A model generated the notes under the pieces. The model had not been told where the DNA came from. It saw only the letters and a list, made by a program, of their open reading frames with translations, and did no database searches. From positions 170,252,001 to 170,316,000 of the forward strand of contig OX597815.1 in NCBI GenBank assembly GCA_951406725.2: a DNA stretch of 64,000 bases. The letters run 5' to 3'. Source of the DNA: Octopus vulgaris. Taxonomy: Eukaryota. Positions 42,229 to 56,648 of the stretch are shown piece by piece (position 1 is the stretch's first letter; each line of letters begins with the position of its first letter). The translations under genes were made by a program, and so were the position numbers.

Positions 42229-42372
42229 GGAGTGGCTGCATGGTAAGTGATTTGCTTACCAACCACATGGTTCCGGTTTCAGTCCCACTGCGTGGAACCT
42301 TGGGCGAGTGTCTTCTACTATAGTCTCGGGCCGACCAAAGCCTTGTGCGTGGATTTAGTAGAGGGAAACTGT
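42229..42372 (+). mobile_element. SINE family A, 5' half
   Basis: GGAGTGGCTGCATGGTAAG and CCTTGGGCGAGT; ends at the internal microsatellite. Confidence 0.85.
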
Positions 42373-42694
42373 TGTATATATATATATATGTTTAAAACTG
42401 TCCGACGAACGGGAACGTTAAACTCCGAGTAACAGCTTTTGCTATAATTTCTGGTGCTTTTAAATAAAGTATATATTTACACACAAACACACACACATAT
42501 ATATGTATGTATATACAGATATATATATATATATATATACATACATCATATATATATTTGTGTGGGCGTGCATTTGTGTATGTGTGTGTATATAATATAT
42601 ATATATATGTAACATATATATATGTGTGTGTATATAAATATATACATATATATATATATATACATAGATACATATATATGTTGCATATATATAT

Positions 42695-42785
<91 letters not shown>

Positions 42786-43210
42786 CTTACGCGCGCGCAC
42801 ACACATATATCCATAAGTATGAATTGACAAATACACTTAGGGACTAGAATTAATATTTGTTTTTGTTATAAGTCTGTAATTAATTAATGATGTTATTAAT
42901 TTGGTTAAACGAGATCTATAACTGTACTGGGAAAACTTGGAGACACTATTGCTATCATATTAATTAAAAGATTAGGTTTACTTGTTGATTGTTATAAATA
43001 AAAGGATTACCATTGTAATATCATTGCTAGAGAACATCATAAACGCTAATTCGCGGCAGAAAAGAGAGTAAGACCTGTGGAAGAAACAGTAACCATTACG
43101 TTCTAACATGTGATTATACAGGCTGGCGCTCTGTAGCGTGGTCGATAACAAGACTACCTGCGAAACAATAAGTAGGTGGTTCAAATATTATCAGTCAGCT
43201 AGTTAATACC

Positions 43211-43615
43211 CATTTCGTTACTACCCACAAGGGGTTAAAAACTTAGGATAGACAAACGGATTAAGTCGATTATATCGACCCCAGTGCGTAACTGGTACTT
43301 ATTTAATCCACCCCGAAAGGATGACAGGCAAAGTCGACCTCGGTGGAATTTGAACTCAGAACGTAGCGGCAGACGAAATACCTATTTCTTTACTACCCAC
43401 AAGGGGCTAAACACAGATGGGACAAATAAGGGCAGACAATCGGATTAAGTCGATTATATCGACCCCAGTGCGTAACTAGTACTTATTTAATCGACCCCGA
43501 AAGGATGAAAGGCAAAGTCGACCTCGGTGGAATTTGAACTTAAAACGTAACGGCAGACGAAATACTGCTAAGCATTTCGCCCTGCGTGCTAACGTTTCTC
43601 CCAGCTCGCCGCCTT
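43211..43615 (-). mobile_element. SINE family B dimer with 16-bp TSD
   Basis: TCAGCTAGTTAATACC at 43195-43210 and 43616-43631. Confidence 0.93.
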
Positions 43616-44216
43616 TCAGCTAGTTAATACCAAGCCTTGAACTCGTGGTTGTAATATCTTATGTGTGCAAAAGGATTTATCGAACACATAACCGGTATAT
43701 CTAATTTCATGCGTTCCCTTGGTTCGAAGAGTCCACTCCTGATGGAGTCGCATGGATTTGCTAGTCGTAGTATGACGAATCGCTAAGAATTTCGCTCGTG
43801 ATTAGCAGGTCTAGAAATCGATCGCGCGGTGTAACCTCTCTGATAAGTATCTCTTACTATAGTCTTGTGTATATCTAATAATGGTAAATGAAATTGATTT
43901 AACAAAAAATTAAGTGGAAGCACATCAGATAAACTGTGTTTGTAATTTAACAGTCCAGCTTCGTCAAGTTTGTCACACACGTATCTCAAGGAAGTTCAAT
44001 CTCTCTCTCTATCTCTGTTTCTCTGTTTGTCTGTCTGTCTGTTTGCCTCCCCTTCTCTCTCTCTATACATATATATATATAACTACAAAATTATAACAAT
44101 GAACGATAGCTGTTCTATCCATTTCAGTAGCAAGGCATGGGAATGAAGTTACACACACATATATATATATATATATACATATATATGTGTATATATATAC
44201 ATATATATACATGTGC

Positions 44217-44301
<85 letters not shown>

Positions 44302-44314
44302 CGTATATATATAC

Positions 44315-44347
<33 letters not shown>

Positions 44348-44376
44348 CGTATATATATACATATATATATATATAC

Positions 44377-44439
<63 letters not shown>

Positions 44440-44486
44440 AATGTATGTATACACATACACACACCCACACATATATATATATATAT

Positions 44487-44667
44487 ATTTCTTTATTACC
44501 CACAAGGGGCTAAACATAGAGCTGACAAACAAGGAAAGACAAACGGATTAAGACGATTACATCGACCCCAGTGCTTAACTGGTACTTAATTTATCGACGC
44601 CGAAAGGATGAAAGGCAAAGTTGACCTCGGCGGAATTTGAACTCAGAACGTAACGGGAGACGAAATA
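44487..44667 (-). mobile_element. SINE family B, single internal unit
   Basis: Spans one repeat unit (ATTTCGTC through AAAGAAAT on the minus strand) within (TA)n. Confidence 0.88.
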
Positions 44668-44723
44668 TATATATATAGATATATATTAGAGCGCTGTAGT
44701 TCGCTTGAAACATTGCAATATTG

Positions 44724-45081
44724 AAGAAGGTAAAAAGAGAGAATATATAAAGGTTCTGACAATGTGGTTAGTTTAATAAAAAATTTTGTATTTCGAGCGT
44801 AAAGGTCCATCTTCAGAAGAGACGAACAGTCTGAGTAAAGTAGCGCTATGTAAGTTTCGTTAGCCCATAAGAGCAGCAGTCACTCTCCAAATGTAGGCGT
44901 AATCAACGTTTTCGGTGCTCCACACGTTGGTGTAAGCCAGCGTTTGGAGAGAAAATAGAAAGCTTCTGACAATGCGGAAAGTTACTCAGATTGTTCTTGT
45001 CTTTTGATATAAAATATAAAGATTTTCTTCAACTTTTCCGCATCGTCAGAAGCTTTCTGCTTTCTCTCTTTTTACCTTCTT
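44724..45081. mobile_element. Direct plus inverted repeat element, Penelope-terminus-like
   Basis: Outer IR 44724-44743/45062-45081, inner IR 44957-44980/45035-45058, minus-strand CTGAAGA..CTCGAAAT near 44790-44816. Confidence 0.55.
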
Positions 45082-45205
45082 ATGAAATGAATTATCATTT
45101 AAATATATATGAGCATGTTTAGATATGCAACTATGTGCATGAGAATGCATACATAAACATACAAATCTGCACATGTACATACATACATACACACACAAAC
45201 ACGCA

Positions 45206-45274
<69 letters not shown>

Positions 45275-45645
45275 CTATATATATGTTTACGCACACACAC
45301 GCACAAGCACTGCATATACACATTCACACAAACACATACACGGTGCGATGCTACTGCTACTTAACATAAAATTTAAAAATCGAAAACATTATATTCTTTG
45401 GTTTTTAAAAATTATGTCATTGAAGTAGGATATATGAAGCATGTGCGTATAATCTTCACAGCTGGCTCTCATGAAAAATTTAGAGAAAATCTGAATTTTA
45501 TTTGCATTTGTGTATATGTTAGACTATTATATGACTTTCGTTTACATATCTTAGACAAGAGGTGCTCCAGCATGACGGAAAAAAGTAAAAGAAAAAAACA
45601 TATGTATGCATTTATGTATGCATGTACGTCTAAACACACACATAC

Positions 45646-45704
<59 letters not shown>

Positions 45705-45751
45705 CGCCACCTACATACACACACATGCATGTGTGTATTTTATATATATTT

Positions 45752-45801
<50 letters not shown>

Positions 45802-47185
45802 TAGATAGATATACATACATATATATACATATACATATATACACGCCATGCATAAGTTTGTCTTATTGCATTCGTGTCCGTATGTCTGCACATATACTTT
45901 CTGAAAAATAACTTATCTTTTTTTGCCATGTTCTATCTCATAATTTTCAATATGTCTGCTTTAAGAGAATTAAAAAATACAGAGCCAACTAGATAAAACA
46001 AGTTTAGAAATAAAATGGGAAAGAAAGTGTAACTTTAGAGTTGATATAACATAAAATGGAGGAAAAAAACTAGTAACTTATAGTGTTATCTCCCTTAGTT
46101 TCTCGGCCTTGATTGGTTAAACATACATAAATGGGAAAGCTCATGATAGGTGTAGTTTTTCTACGTGTAAATTAATCAATGTGTTTAAAAGAGTACAAAC
46201 ATACACACATATAAACACACACTCACGCTCAAATACACATGCAGACACACGCATATGTTGTGTGTGTGTATGGGTGCATGTGTGAATGTGTGCGTGTGTG
46301 CATGTGAACGTATGCATGTGTGTGTAAATATGTGAACCGGCTTTGAATATTAGACGAAAAAGGATTCTTTTCAACTACTGTACATCAATGACAAAGAAAA
46401 ATGAATTAAACATGGAATGAACAGATTTCTTATTATTTTCCTTTACTGTTTTCGCTTCGTATCTTTCTGTTACCTCTTTTCTTTTTACCGATCAACCAGC
46501 TCTCATGTCATCTATATCCCTGTCACACTGACTTATCTCCCCCTTCCCACACTCTCTGTGCTTGTGTGTATAAATGCGTGCGTGCATGTATATATAGCTG
46601 TGTATATATTTTTATAGTTTATGTTTTCAAACTTCAGTCTACAACATTACTGTGGCATTGCTTGTTTTTACGTTTAAAGAACTTTTACAGCGTATGACTC
46701 AGTCGATGGAAACGTGGACAATGCTATTTTACATGATTCGTTCGGTGACAGGTAACTTAAATGCTTAGATGAATAAAGTTTCTCATGTAAAGCCTGAACA
46801 TAATAGCAACAAGGATCAGATCCTACTTTACACATCAAGTAAAATTATAACTTTGTTACTTTCAACGATATATGTAAAGGACTTGAATTACATCAGAAAA
46901 TGAATTACATCAGGAAAGCTGTATACTGGAAATCTCTGTGACTAAATGATGATAAACTAGTGTATTTCTAAATTTATATGGCACCAGAAATGTTAGAATG
47001 CAAATTGTATTTAAGAAAGAAGTTTTGGAAAGTTTTGGACATAGGCGCAAGTATGGCTCTTAGTAAGAAGTTTGCTTGCCAACCACGAAGTTTCGGATTC
47101 AGTACAATCATGTAGCACCTTCAACTTGGGACTTTTAATTTAACTTAAAACAAAACAATTAACAACATTTAGTACACCACTACGG

Positions 47186-47237
47186 GATACATGATATAAT
47201 CATTACAAAATGATACATGATATAATCATTACAAAAT
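47186..47237. repeat. 26-bp perfect tandem duplication
   Basis: GATACATGATATAATCATTACAAAAT twice. Confidence 0.95.
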
Positions 47238-47254
47238 TGCCATGATTCTTGTCT

Positions 47255-47400
47255 AATTCCAGGCTTGGGAAACCGTTTCAAAGATCATGTGAAGCTCCGA
47301 CTAGTTGTGCATCCCGTAGATCTTCACCATATATTGTAGACATTAGAAGTGTACCGTCACTTCCACTATATTCACATAGAGTGTGTGTGAGAGACAATAT
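47255..47400 (+). mobile_element. Possible RTE-like LINE ORF end
   Basis: GNRFKDHVKLRL..VD resembles the RFKD-x2-K motif near RTE C-termini. Confidence 0.3.
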
Positions 47401-48088
47401 ATCATTAATAAGAGTTCAAGACTCACTGGTTTAAAACTATTAAAAAAAATATGCATTATGTTCTCTGGTGCGTTACAGATAACTGTTTACTTTACTGTCT
47501 ATTAAATATAGCATCTACCGCGGCTGTCATCGAAAATAATACTACAGCTGATTGTTTCTGTCTTCACTCTCTGTATAGAGAAGATCATCTTCAGTGTCAT
47601 CCAATACAATACTGATTCTACATTTCTCTATACTTTGGCTATCATTTCTCCTGTCACAGATATCCGTGATGACTTTACTCATATACCAACACAGTAGTAG
47701 ATAGCTTCAGCCATTCTCCTATTAAATACCCAGCAAACATCATCTAGATCCACTTCTCAGCGAAAAATTCGTTTGAAAAGTGAACGAAACAGGCAGTGGT
47801 TGTAACTTCAACGTTAAAATACCAGGGATAACTGCTTTCTTAGTTTCTAATTGCTCAAATTATTTTCTTTCTTTCTTCCTTTTTCATAGGCTTGGAATTG
47901 ATCTTTGACTAGTGATGTTGGTTCCTTCAACCAGCAACCAGGACTTTGTGATTATACTTCATCGAACCAAAGTTTCATTCCACCTTCCTCCGTTTGCGAC
48001 TTCCTCAAATTCTCATCTGATGAGATGGTTTAGTTTTGATATAAGATGAAACGATTGAATTAGATGACTTACTTGACTCTATTTCAAG

Positions 48089-48092
48089 TATA

Positions 48093-48164
<72 letters not shown>

Positions 48165-48242
48165 TATATATATACATATGTATATATGTTTATATATATA
48201 CATATGTATATATGTTTATATATATACATATATATATATGTT

Positions 48243-48280
<38 letters not shown>

Positions 48281-48303
48281 CATACATATATATATATACA
48301 TAC

Positions 48304-48354
<51 letters not shown>

Positions 48355-48442
48355 CACAATATATATATATATATATACACACATATATATATATACACAT
48401 ATATATATATATATATACACACATATATATATATATACACAC

Positions 48443-48479
<37 letters not shown>

Positions 48480-48514
48480 TATATATATACACACACACAC
48501 ACATATATATATAT

Positions 48515-48555
<41 letters not shown>

Positions 48556-48571
48556 AAAAAAAAAAAAAAAA

Positions 48572-48611
<40 letters not shown>

Positions 48612-48710
48612 CATGTGTGTGTGTGTATGTATGTGTATATGTGTATGTGTGTAGATGTATATGAGTGAGTGTCGGACGAGCACACACACACACACACATG
48701 CACACATGTA
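48089..48710. repeat. (TA)n/(CA)n compound microsatellite
   Basis: Directly visible. Confidence 0.97.
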
Positions 48711-49031
48711 TATGAGTTTGGCGGAACTCGCACTTCAACAGACATTTTTCTCTCACTGTCTTTCCTTTTCTCTATCCCTTTCAACTCTCCCTTTCTCCCA
48801 AGCTTAAGTCTCATTCTTCTGTATTTTAGTGGCTGCACCACGTTTTATAAATTCTTCCACCCTACTGCCTTCCAAATTAACATGGTTAACTAAATGGTTT
48901 TATCCATGCTTGCATGTTTCCGTTAATTGCTGTTTCCTTGCTTGACTTCTATACATGCAGTATATCACATATCTATGCACGTATGTATATATTTATCTTT
49001 ATATATATGTATGTATGTTTATTATGTACGC

Positions 49032-49119
<88 letters not shown>

Positions 49120-49336
49120 GTATATTCATACATACATATACAGTTGCATACATACATACTTATATACATACATACATACGTACACACACACACACACGTG
49201 TGAGTGTATGTGCTTGTCTGAATGGTTGTTACTTAAGTAAACAGTATTTAAGCAACTGGTGATTATGTATACACGCTCTATACACGTGGTGCGATCAGGC
49301 AAATAAACCTTATATTTTAGCGTTCCAGTCTTTCAA

Positions 49337-49663
49337 TGGGTAAAGCGTAGCTTAGTACTTAGGGATATTTACTCCCGATCGCAAGGTCATGAGTTCGATT
49401 CCCGACCGCGCGTTCTGTCCTTGAGCAAGATATTTTATTTCATGTTACTCCAGTCCACTCATCTGGCAAAATGAGTAGTACCTGTATTTCAAAGGGCAAG
49501 CCGTATCACACACTATGTGACACTGAATTTCCCTGAGGACTATCTTCAGGGTACGCGTGTCTGTGGAGTGCTCAGCCACTAGCAGGTTAATCTCAGGAGT
49601 AGGATGTTCCTTTCATCAGATCAACTGGAACCCTCGTCGTCGTAAGCGACGGATTGCCAGTGT
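49337..49663 (+). mobile_element. SINE family D (tRNA-derived, CORE-like), diverged
   Basis: A-box-like TAGCTTAGT, B-box GAGTTCGATTCCC, GTCCTTGAGCAAG, and a distinct tail; a related fragment lies near 56860-56960. Confidence 0.75.
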
Positions 49664-49674
49664 AATATGGACGG

Positions 49675-49744
<70 letters not shown>

Positions 49745-49747
49745 CTC

Positions 49748-49839
<92 letters not shown>

Positions 49840-50755
49840 CAGAGGGGTATTCTTTCTATAATTTGACTGCTAGTTTGCTAGTCTTCTCTTGCAATTTACC
49901 TATGCTCTATTCTGAAGTAACCCTCAACCCCACCAAAATATATCCACGTCCAAACATCAGACATACTGAAGTAAACAGAGAGCTAAGGAGACGGTGTCTA
50001 GACCGGTGCTACATCTGCCTGGCTACAAGCAGCATGAGGTATTTCTTCATTGTTGATTCACCAGAGATCAGACGAAATAACTGACTTTTCATTATGTGCC
50101 AAGAAACTTTTGTAAACATCTTACTAGTTACCATCAAAAACAATGTTACCAACATTGCTGTACATTTTTTTGTTGGTCATATTTAAACTATATGCCTATT
50201 CTAACGTTATAATACTAATAAGTGTGTCATATTCTAACATTACCATACTAATCAATATTATAATCATAGGGATATATTTATTATAAATTAATTATAAATG
50301 CTTGCTTCTATATAATTTGAGACGAATATTCTGTTGATGATTGGACTCAAGCACCAATCTCCTCTCTAGTATTTGATCCTGTAGTGATATGATGTAGGGG
50401 TTTTCCGGTTGTTGATTTACAAGAGAAACAACTACCTATGAGTTAGGATATATCGTAGCTCGAAATGAGGAGACAGCTGAAAACTGATCTGGTCCTTTCT
50501 CTGTGTTTACTTGTCCTGTTTTCCATTTTTACTTGTATTTTACGTATTATATATATATATAAGTAGTTGAATGAATTATCCAAGTATGGACAATTCGGTT
50601 AATGATACCCGGGTAGCAAACTCACGTCAGAAAACACGGTTGAAGCTACATGCCAAGGGCAGAGATCACGTGCTTTCGTGTGGAAATTTGTGTTTTTTTT
50701 ACTATAAATAAATGAAAGAATGGAGTTGAACGACGATTTAACACAATTCCTTTAT

Positions 50756-50836
50756 TCTCGACATATGTTTCAAAGACTGCATATTCCTAATTCCGAACGA
50801 ATAAAGGGTGCATTATGCCACCTTCTCATCAGGAAA
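50756..50836 (-). ncRNA. Type I hammerhead fold with extended stem II
   Basis: Minus strand TTTC CTGATGA GAAG..GCATA...TATGC..CTTT GAAAC ATAT GTC GAGA, followed by AATAAA. Confidence 0.75.
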
Positions 50837-51006
50837 GACAAGGAAATTATGTCAGCATCACTATGGACTCCGTGTGGGCAGTCATCTAAAAGTTTTTGTT
50901 CGTCATGATGCTGACATAATTTTCTTGTCTTTCCTGATGAGAAGGCGGCATAATGCACCCTTTATTCGTTCGGAATTAGGAATATGCATTCTTTGAAACA
51001 TATGTC
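50760..51006. repeat. Near-perfect inverted repeat, 101-bp arms and 45-bp spacer
   Basis: Arms 50760-50860 and 50906-51006 with few mismatches. Confidence 0.95.
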
Positions 51007-51010
51007 TTTG

Positions 51011-51057
<47 letters not shown>

Positions 51058-51803
51058 TTATATATATAAATATACATACATATATACATACATATATAAT
51101 ATATATTATTTATTATTTAATTGAACGCAACGTATTCATTTCCAAGTAAGTTTATCTTCACCTTTTTGATGTCACTCTCTACTCTATACTGTTTTCTTCC
51201 TCCATTCTTCACTAATTCGCTTTTTGTCCTCTCCCGCCTTCACCGCTTTGTATCTCTCTCTCCCCCTTCGTCCTCTTTCTCTCTCTCTCTCATTACTCAC
51301 ACGTGATCATCGTCCATCTTTCTTTTCCTCACGTAACCATCTTCCTTTTCCTGCACAGACGCTCGAAAGAACAGATGTGTTCTCTCTCTCTCTCTCTCTT
51401 CTCTTTCTTCTGTCATTTCTCTTTTAAATAAAAATTGTTTCTCCCAGCGTTCACTATTTTCCTCTCATTCTGCTCTAACGATCCTCTATGTCTGTTTTCC
51501 TTCGGTTTTCTTGTATGTCTCCTTTGTCATGTTTTTGTCCCCAACTTTGACACTCCATAAATCCTAAATTTTATTTTTGAATTTATGGGAGCAATTGTCT
51601 TTCAAGACTCATATTGTCGTTGAATGCTCGAAATTAGGCGAAGATAGACAGCCGATAACTTATGAAGGGTCCTTTCTCTGTGCTTACTTGTCCTGTTTTC
51701 CATTTTTTCTCGTTCTTTACGTATTTAACTCATTTGTTTCCGTATTTCATGTTGTTTGCACCTTTGGTGACGTCCTGTACTCATATATGCAGGTGTGTGT
51801 GTG

Positions 51804-51841
<38 letters not shown>

Positions 51842-52783
51842 CGATATATTGTATATATATATATGTGTGTGTGTACACCAATAAAATATATTTGTGAACG
51901 ATCATAAAAATCCCATGTTCAAGAAATATCTGAAAATGATTGACACGTTGAAGATTCATTCCAGAGCTCAATAAGAAATGCAAAGTTGTTTACAATTGTT
52001 ATATGTTGTGAGCAATACAGTATGTGCCAGAAAGCGGTTATTATGGTTGCATGGAAGAACGATACTATTTAATTATATTCTCTAATAATCGAAAGCGGTC
52101 TAAATTGGTACATTCAGAGTAGAATTTACTCAACTAACCCAACTACGAAATATTTTCGAAATTTTGATAAATATCGTAAGCATACGATGCCAGAGAAGAA
52201 CAATAGAGACGTGGATCTTAGTGAAAACGATAAATATTTAACGAACCACATTAATGACAATCTAACTTGTTAACGTTAAGCAGTTAGAATATAAATATAA
52301 AAATACTGATGCATCAGTAACATAGTCCATGTTACTGAAACTGCTTTCAGCAATATTTTACATTAGCGCTGCTCTATTGGCGGCAGCAGATGCAATAAGA
52401 ACGAGAACGCTAAAAGATATGTCTATTTAAAAATATTTCTACAGTCATGACATCAAATAATTCATAACTGATGTTATGAAATTCGAACTCTTTCAACAAC
52501 TTAAACTGGATCGCCTCTTCACTTTACATCCATTATATTTCCTCTCACCAGTACACTATGCTATTATCAGAGGCAACACCCCATGCACTCATATGATGAA
52601 GCATCTGTATCAAGAGAATTTAGATATTGTTGCTACTGTGTCTATAGGTCATTCAAGTCAAAAGCAATTTATTACAGTTATTACATATATATGTCTTCGA
52701 AGCTAACGCTATTGCTAACTGTTTCTGTATTCGCTCTCTTTATAGAGAAGATCATAGTTATTGCATATGTGTATATATAAATA

Positions 52784-53000
52784 TGAGAGGCTGCTGAAAT
52801 GTTCCTGGCTTTAAGGGTATCACGGATGACCTGGCTGGAGGCCCAAATTTCCGAGTTCTTTTACAGCGTTTAGAAAAACTGAAGAACCGCTGAAGTAAAT
52901 GTGTGAATATAAGAGGGTAATATATTGAATAAAATCAAAATTAACTGATCCTCCTGTATTTTCTTTTACCCAAAGCCAAGAACTTTTCAATACCCCCTCG
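52784..53000 (+). mobile_element. Mariner-derived MITE
   Basis: About 29-bp imperfect TIRs, TA on both sides; interior retains a transposase C-terminal remnant (KCVNIRG*YIE*). Confidence 0.85.
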
Positions 53001-53814
53001 TATGTGTGTGTGTATGTATGGGAGTGTATATACACAGGCATATGAACACATACACATTTATACGCATCCATGTATATTCATATGTATGTATGTATGTATG
53101 ATTTTTTGTGTGTGTGTGTGTATCTATACATGATTGAGTATGTGTATAACCAACACATTATGCATTGTACGGTAATGATTCCAATGTTTTCTTCGGGAGG
53201 GAACAAAACAGAATACTATTTCTATCTAAACGAATATATATTTTCCTTTTCATATTTATTTAATTTCTATATTTTAAGTTTTTTACTTTGCTAGCAACGG
53301 CAGCTTAAAACGATTTAAAAGAAAAAGTGGAAAAAAATTACACTAATTCTAAGACTAAGAGATCTATTTTTATACTTGTCTCTTCGAGTGAAGCTAAAAT
53401 TTGTACACGTATATTTATTGTGGCACTTATACCACACTCATCCATAAATCTATGCATACATGCAAATATATTTAGGTGTTACTATACATAAGTTTATACA
53501 TGTACACACGCGAACACAAACACACATTTACATATTTGTTTGTATGTGTTTGTATATATATATATATATGTATGTATACACACACACATATATATATGTA
53601 TATATGTATATATACATACATATATATTTATATATATATATATATATATATATGCGTGTGTGTGTGCGTGTGTGTGTGTATGTATGAATGTATATAAACA
53701 TTAATATCAAGTATAGAATTATCTTTCCTAGCCGTTCCTTCGATTATATTTTGTTATTTTAATGCTTTTAAAAATATCTCTTTTAACAGATTTCAAAAAA
53801 CAAATCTTTTGAGA

Positions 53815-53825
53815 GCGAGCGAGCG

Positions 53826-53899
<74 letters not shown>
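53815..53899. repeat. (GA)n microsatellite
   Basis: Directly visible. Confidence 0.97.
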
Positions 53900-53901
<2 letters not shown>

Positions 53902-54453
53902 AAATAATTTATGTTATGGATATGGCTCCAAGCCTCATATCTTTTTTAACCTATGCCTGACAGAGATGAGAATCTGTCACTTCTGTCGCAAAAATAGAAG
54001 AAAAATATATCGTTATTTTATTAGCGTATGCAAAATAGATGTCGTTCGATGAAGACATCGAATCATTATTTAGTTTACGTGACTTTGAAGAGCTATTAGA
54101 ATACTGGGTAAATATCCACAATGTTTTCATCATATCGTCCCGAGTTCCAGAACTAGTGCAACTGGTTTCTACAAATGTCGTCCAACTTCCGCAGTACGAC
54201 TGCTTTTGGAACATATCGTCTGGCTTCCACTTATGCAACACTTTTTAATATATATATGCACCGATTGTTCAGAACAAATGTAGCTGTCTTCCACAAAATA
54301 TAACGAGGACTTCTATAATTTTGCTTGACATCTGTATATTCTGCGGGTGATTACTAGAAGTACGTTTGACTTTTGCTGGTGTGTCGATTCAAGAATGCAA
54401 AAAGTGGAAGAAAATATTTAATTTTTCTATAAGTACACTCCTCATAGAGCAAA

Positions 54454-54760
54454 GGAGAAACATGGCCTAGTGGTTAGAGCGGCGGACTCGCGGCCGAGGA
54501 ATCGCAGGTTCGAATCTCAGACCGAGCGATGTGTATGTTTGTGAGCGAAACACCTAGGCTCCATGCAGCTCCGGCAGAAAGTAATGGCGAACTTCTGCTG
54601 ACTCTTTCGCCACAACTTTCTCTCACTCTTTCCTCCTGCATCTTGCAGCTCACCTGCGACGGACCGGCGTCCCGTCCAGGTGGGGAACCTATACGCCAAG
54701 GAAACCGGGGAACCGGCCCTTATGAGCCAGGCATGGCTCGACAAGGAGCAAAAAAAAAAG
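54454..54760 (+). mobile_element. SINE family C variant (tRNA-Arg-like head, second tail type)
   Basis: TGGCCTAGTGG A-box, ACTCGCG anticodon loop, GGTTCGAATC B-box; tail with CCTGCGACGGACCGGCGTCCCGTCCAGG. Confidence 0.85.
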
Positions 54761-55937
54761 GAGAAACACGTCTCAAAATGTTAAGAAAAAAATGATCCAA
54801 GTTCAATGAGCAAGTGTTTGAGTCCATTCATGATCAGTAAGTAAGGATTTGAAAATAAAACGACATGAGCGTGAGAGTGAAACGATATGACTTTGATAAA
54901 TGCTCTGAAACGATATGAGTCTTATAAATGCTCATTTAGCATGGGTTGCAAAATGATGTCTCAGAATCAATCAAATGTTTGACTGCAAAGAAATTATGAA
55001 AACAAAGAAGGTATTGCATCTATATTATTGTAACGTAGCATGTTTTCCATGCTTTATATATTAAAATGTAACTTAACCGATAGTTGTATGAATGGCATTA
55101 AATAACATGACTACCAGTTCGAACTCGTCGAAATATGGTTATTCGTATGAGTTATAGCAACTCTGGTGTTTATAGTTTCACTTGGATAAATGTCTTACTC
55201 TGAGCATTATTATTGGACTTAAGTAAATATTAATCAGACTCTGCCATGAGTCTATAAGTTTTGTTGCGCAGAAGCATATTTTTAAGATTGTGTACAATAT
55301 TCCTTATTTTGAAGTATGCTTATATATTAGTGTTGTTGTTGTTTTTACTTAGTCCTAAATTGACACTGATTGAGCAGTCCAGTGATGAAGGATGCTATCG
55401 AATGTGTTCTGAACTTCTTTTAGACAGTGAGATGTGATTTAAAGTAGATATGGGTTCTATTTGTTGCAGGTCGAGCGGCCATCTAAAGATTTCTTCTCTG
55501 GCAAGAACGTTTCTATCTTTGAAACATAAGATAATTAGTTCAATGTCTTTTTTAGATACTATATAAATTTTATCATCTCTCGCGTAGTGGTGACTAGATG
55601 AGAAAGTGGTCAAATGTCAGAGTAACGAATACTTTAAATTAATACATGTGATAATCATGGAGAAAACTGGAAGAATCAGTTCAACATGCAAGTGGGTAAT
55701 TTACATTTAGCGGATCGAAAGAAGTGACTATCACAGAACAATCTGAACTTGATCGTCTAGAAGGAACAACCAAATCTTAAATTACACACTATGATCTAGA
55801 AATAAGTGACACATTTAAGGATGTGATTCTAGATATATAATACTTGAATTAAGCAAGCGTTACATATTCTTTCATTATACGTCTGCTCAGTTGATATAGG
55901 GCTAAACGATTATAACTGGGTCACTTGAAGTGCACTT

Positions 55938-56090
55938 CACTCTCAAAGCCTCAGGTGTTAAACCAAGACTGAGGTGTTTTAACAACCGGTGCTTTGGGAC
56001 TGTATATACTCCACCACGTTATTGCAACCACTGGAAAGTATACGAAGCATATACATTAAGCATATGCATTTAATAATATCTATTATGCTA
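55938..56090 (+). repeat. Direct repeat, copy 1 (copy 2 at 58699-58851)
   Basis: About 150 bp of high identity starting CACTCTCAAAGC. Confidence 0.92.
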
Positions 56091-56166
56091 TATATATATA
56101 GGAGTGGCTGTGTGGTAAGCAATGACTTTTCTTTCTGTGTTTCATATAGGGGTTTCATTGTTTCAT

Positions 56167-56572
56167 AGGTGCAGGAGTGGCTGGGTGGTAAGTAGCTTGC
56201 TTACCAACCACATGGTTCCGGGTTCAGTCCCAATGCGTGGCACCTTGGGCAAGTGTCTTCTACTATAGTCTCGGGCCGACCAAAGCCTTGTGAGTGGATT
56301 TGTTTGACGGAAACTGAAATAAGCCCGTCGTATATATGTATATATATATATGTGTGTGCATGTATGTTTGTGTGTCTGTGTTTGTCCCCCTAGCATTGCT
56401 TGACAACCGATGCTGGTGTGTTTATGTCCCCGTCACTTAGCCGTTCGTCAAAAGAGATCGATAGAATAAGTACTGGGCTTACAAAGAATAAATCCTGGGG
56501 TCGAGTTGCTCGACTAAAGGCGGTGCTCCAGCATGGCCGCAGTCAACTGACTGAAACAAGTAAAAGAGAAAA

Positions 56573-56575
<3 letters not shown>
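56167..56575 (+). mobile_element. SINE family A, full length
   Basis: Matches family A throughout; an extra 20-bp head fragment lies at 56100-56119. Confidence 0.93.

Positions 56576-56648
<73 letters not shown>

Noticed and set aside
43735-43792. CTGATGG...GACGAATCGCTAAG
   Set aside because: Several core substitutions; too degenerate to call.
48010-48070. CTGATGA...GAAAC hammerhead-like spacing
   Set aside because: Stems II and III and the cleavage triplet do not fit together.
53951-54248. Non-repetitive ORFs on both strands as a possible exon
   Set aside because: No recognisable domain and no convincing splice context; may be a decayed retroelement. A BLASTX search would decide.
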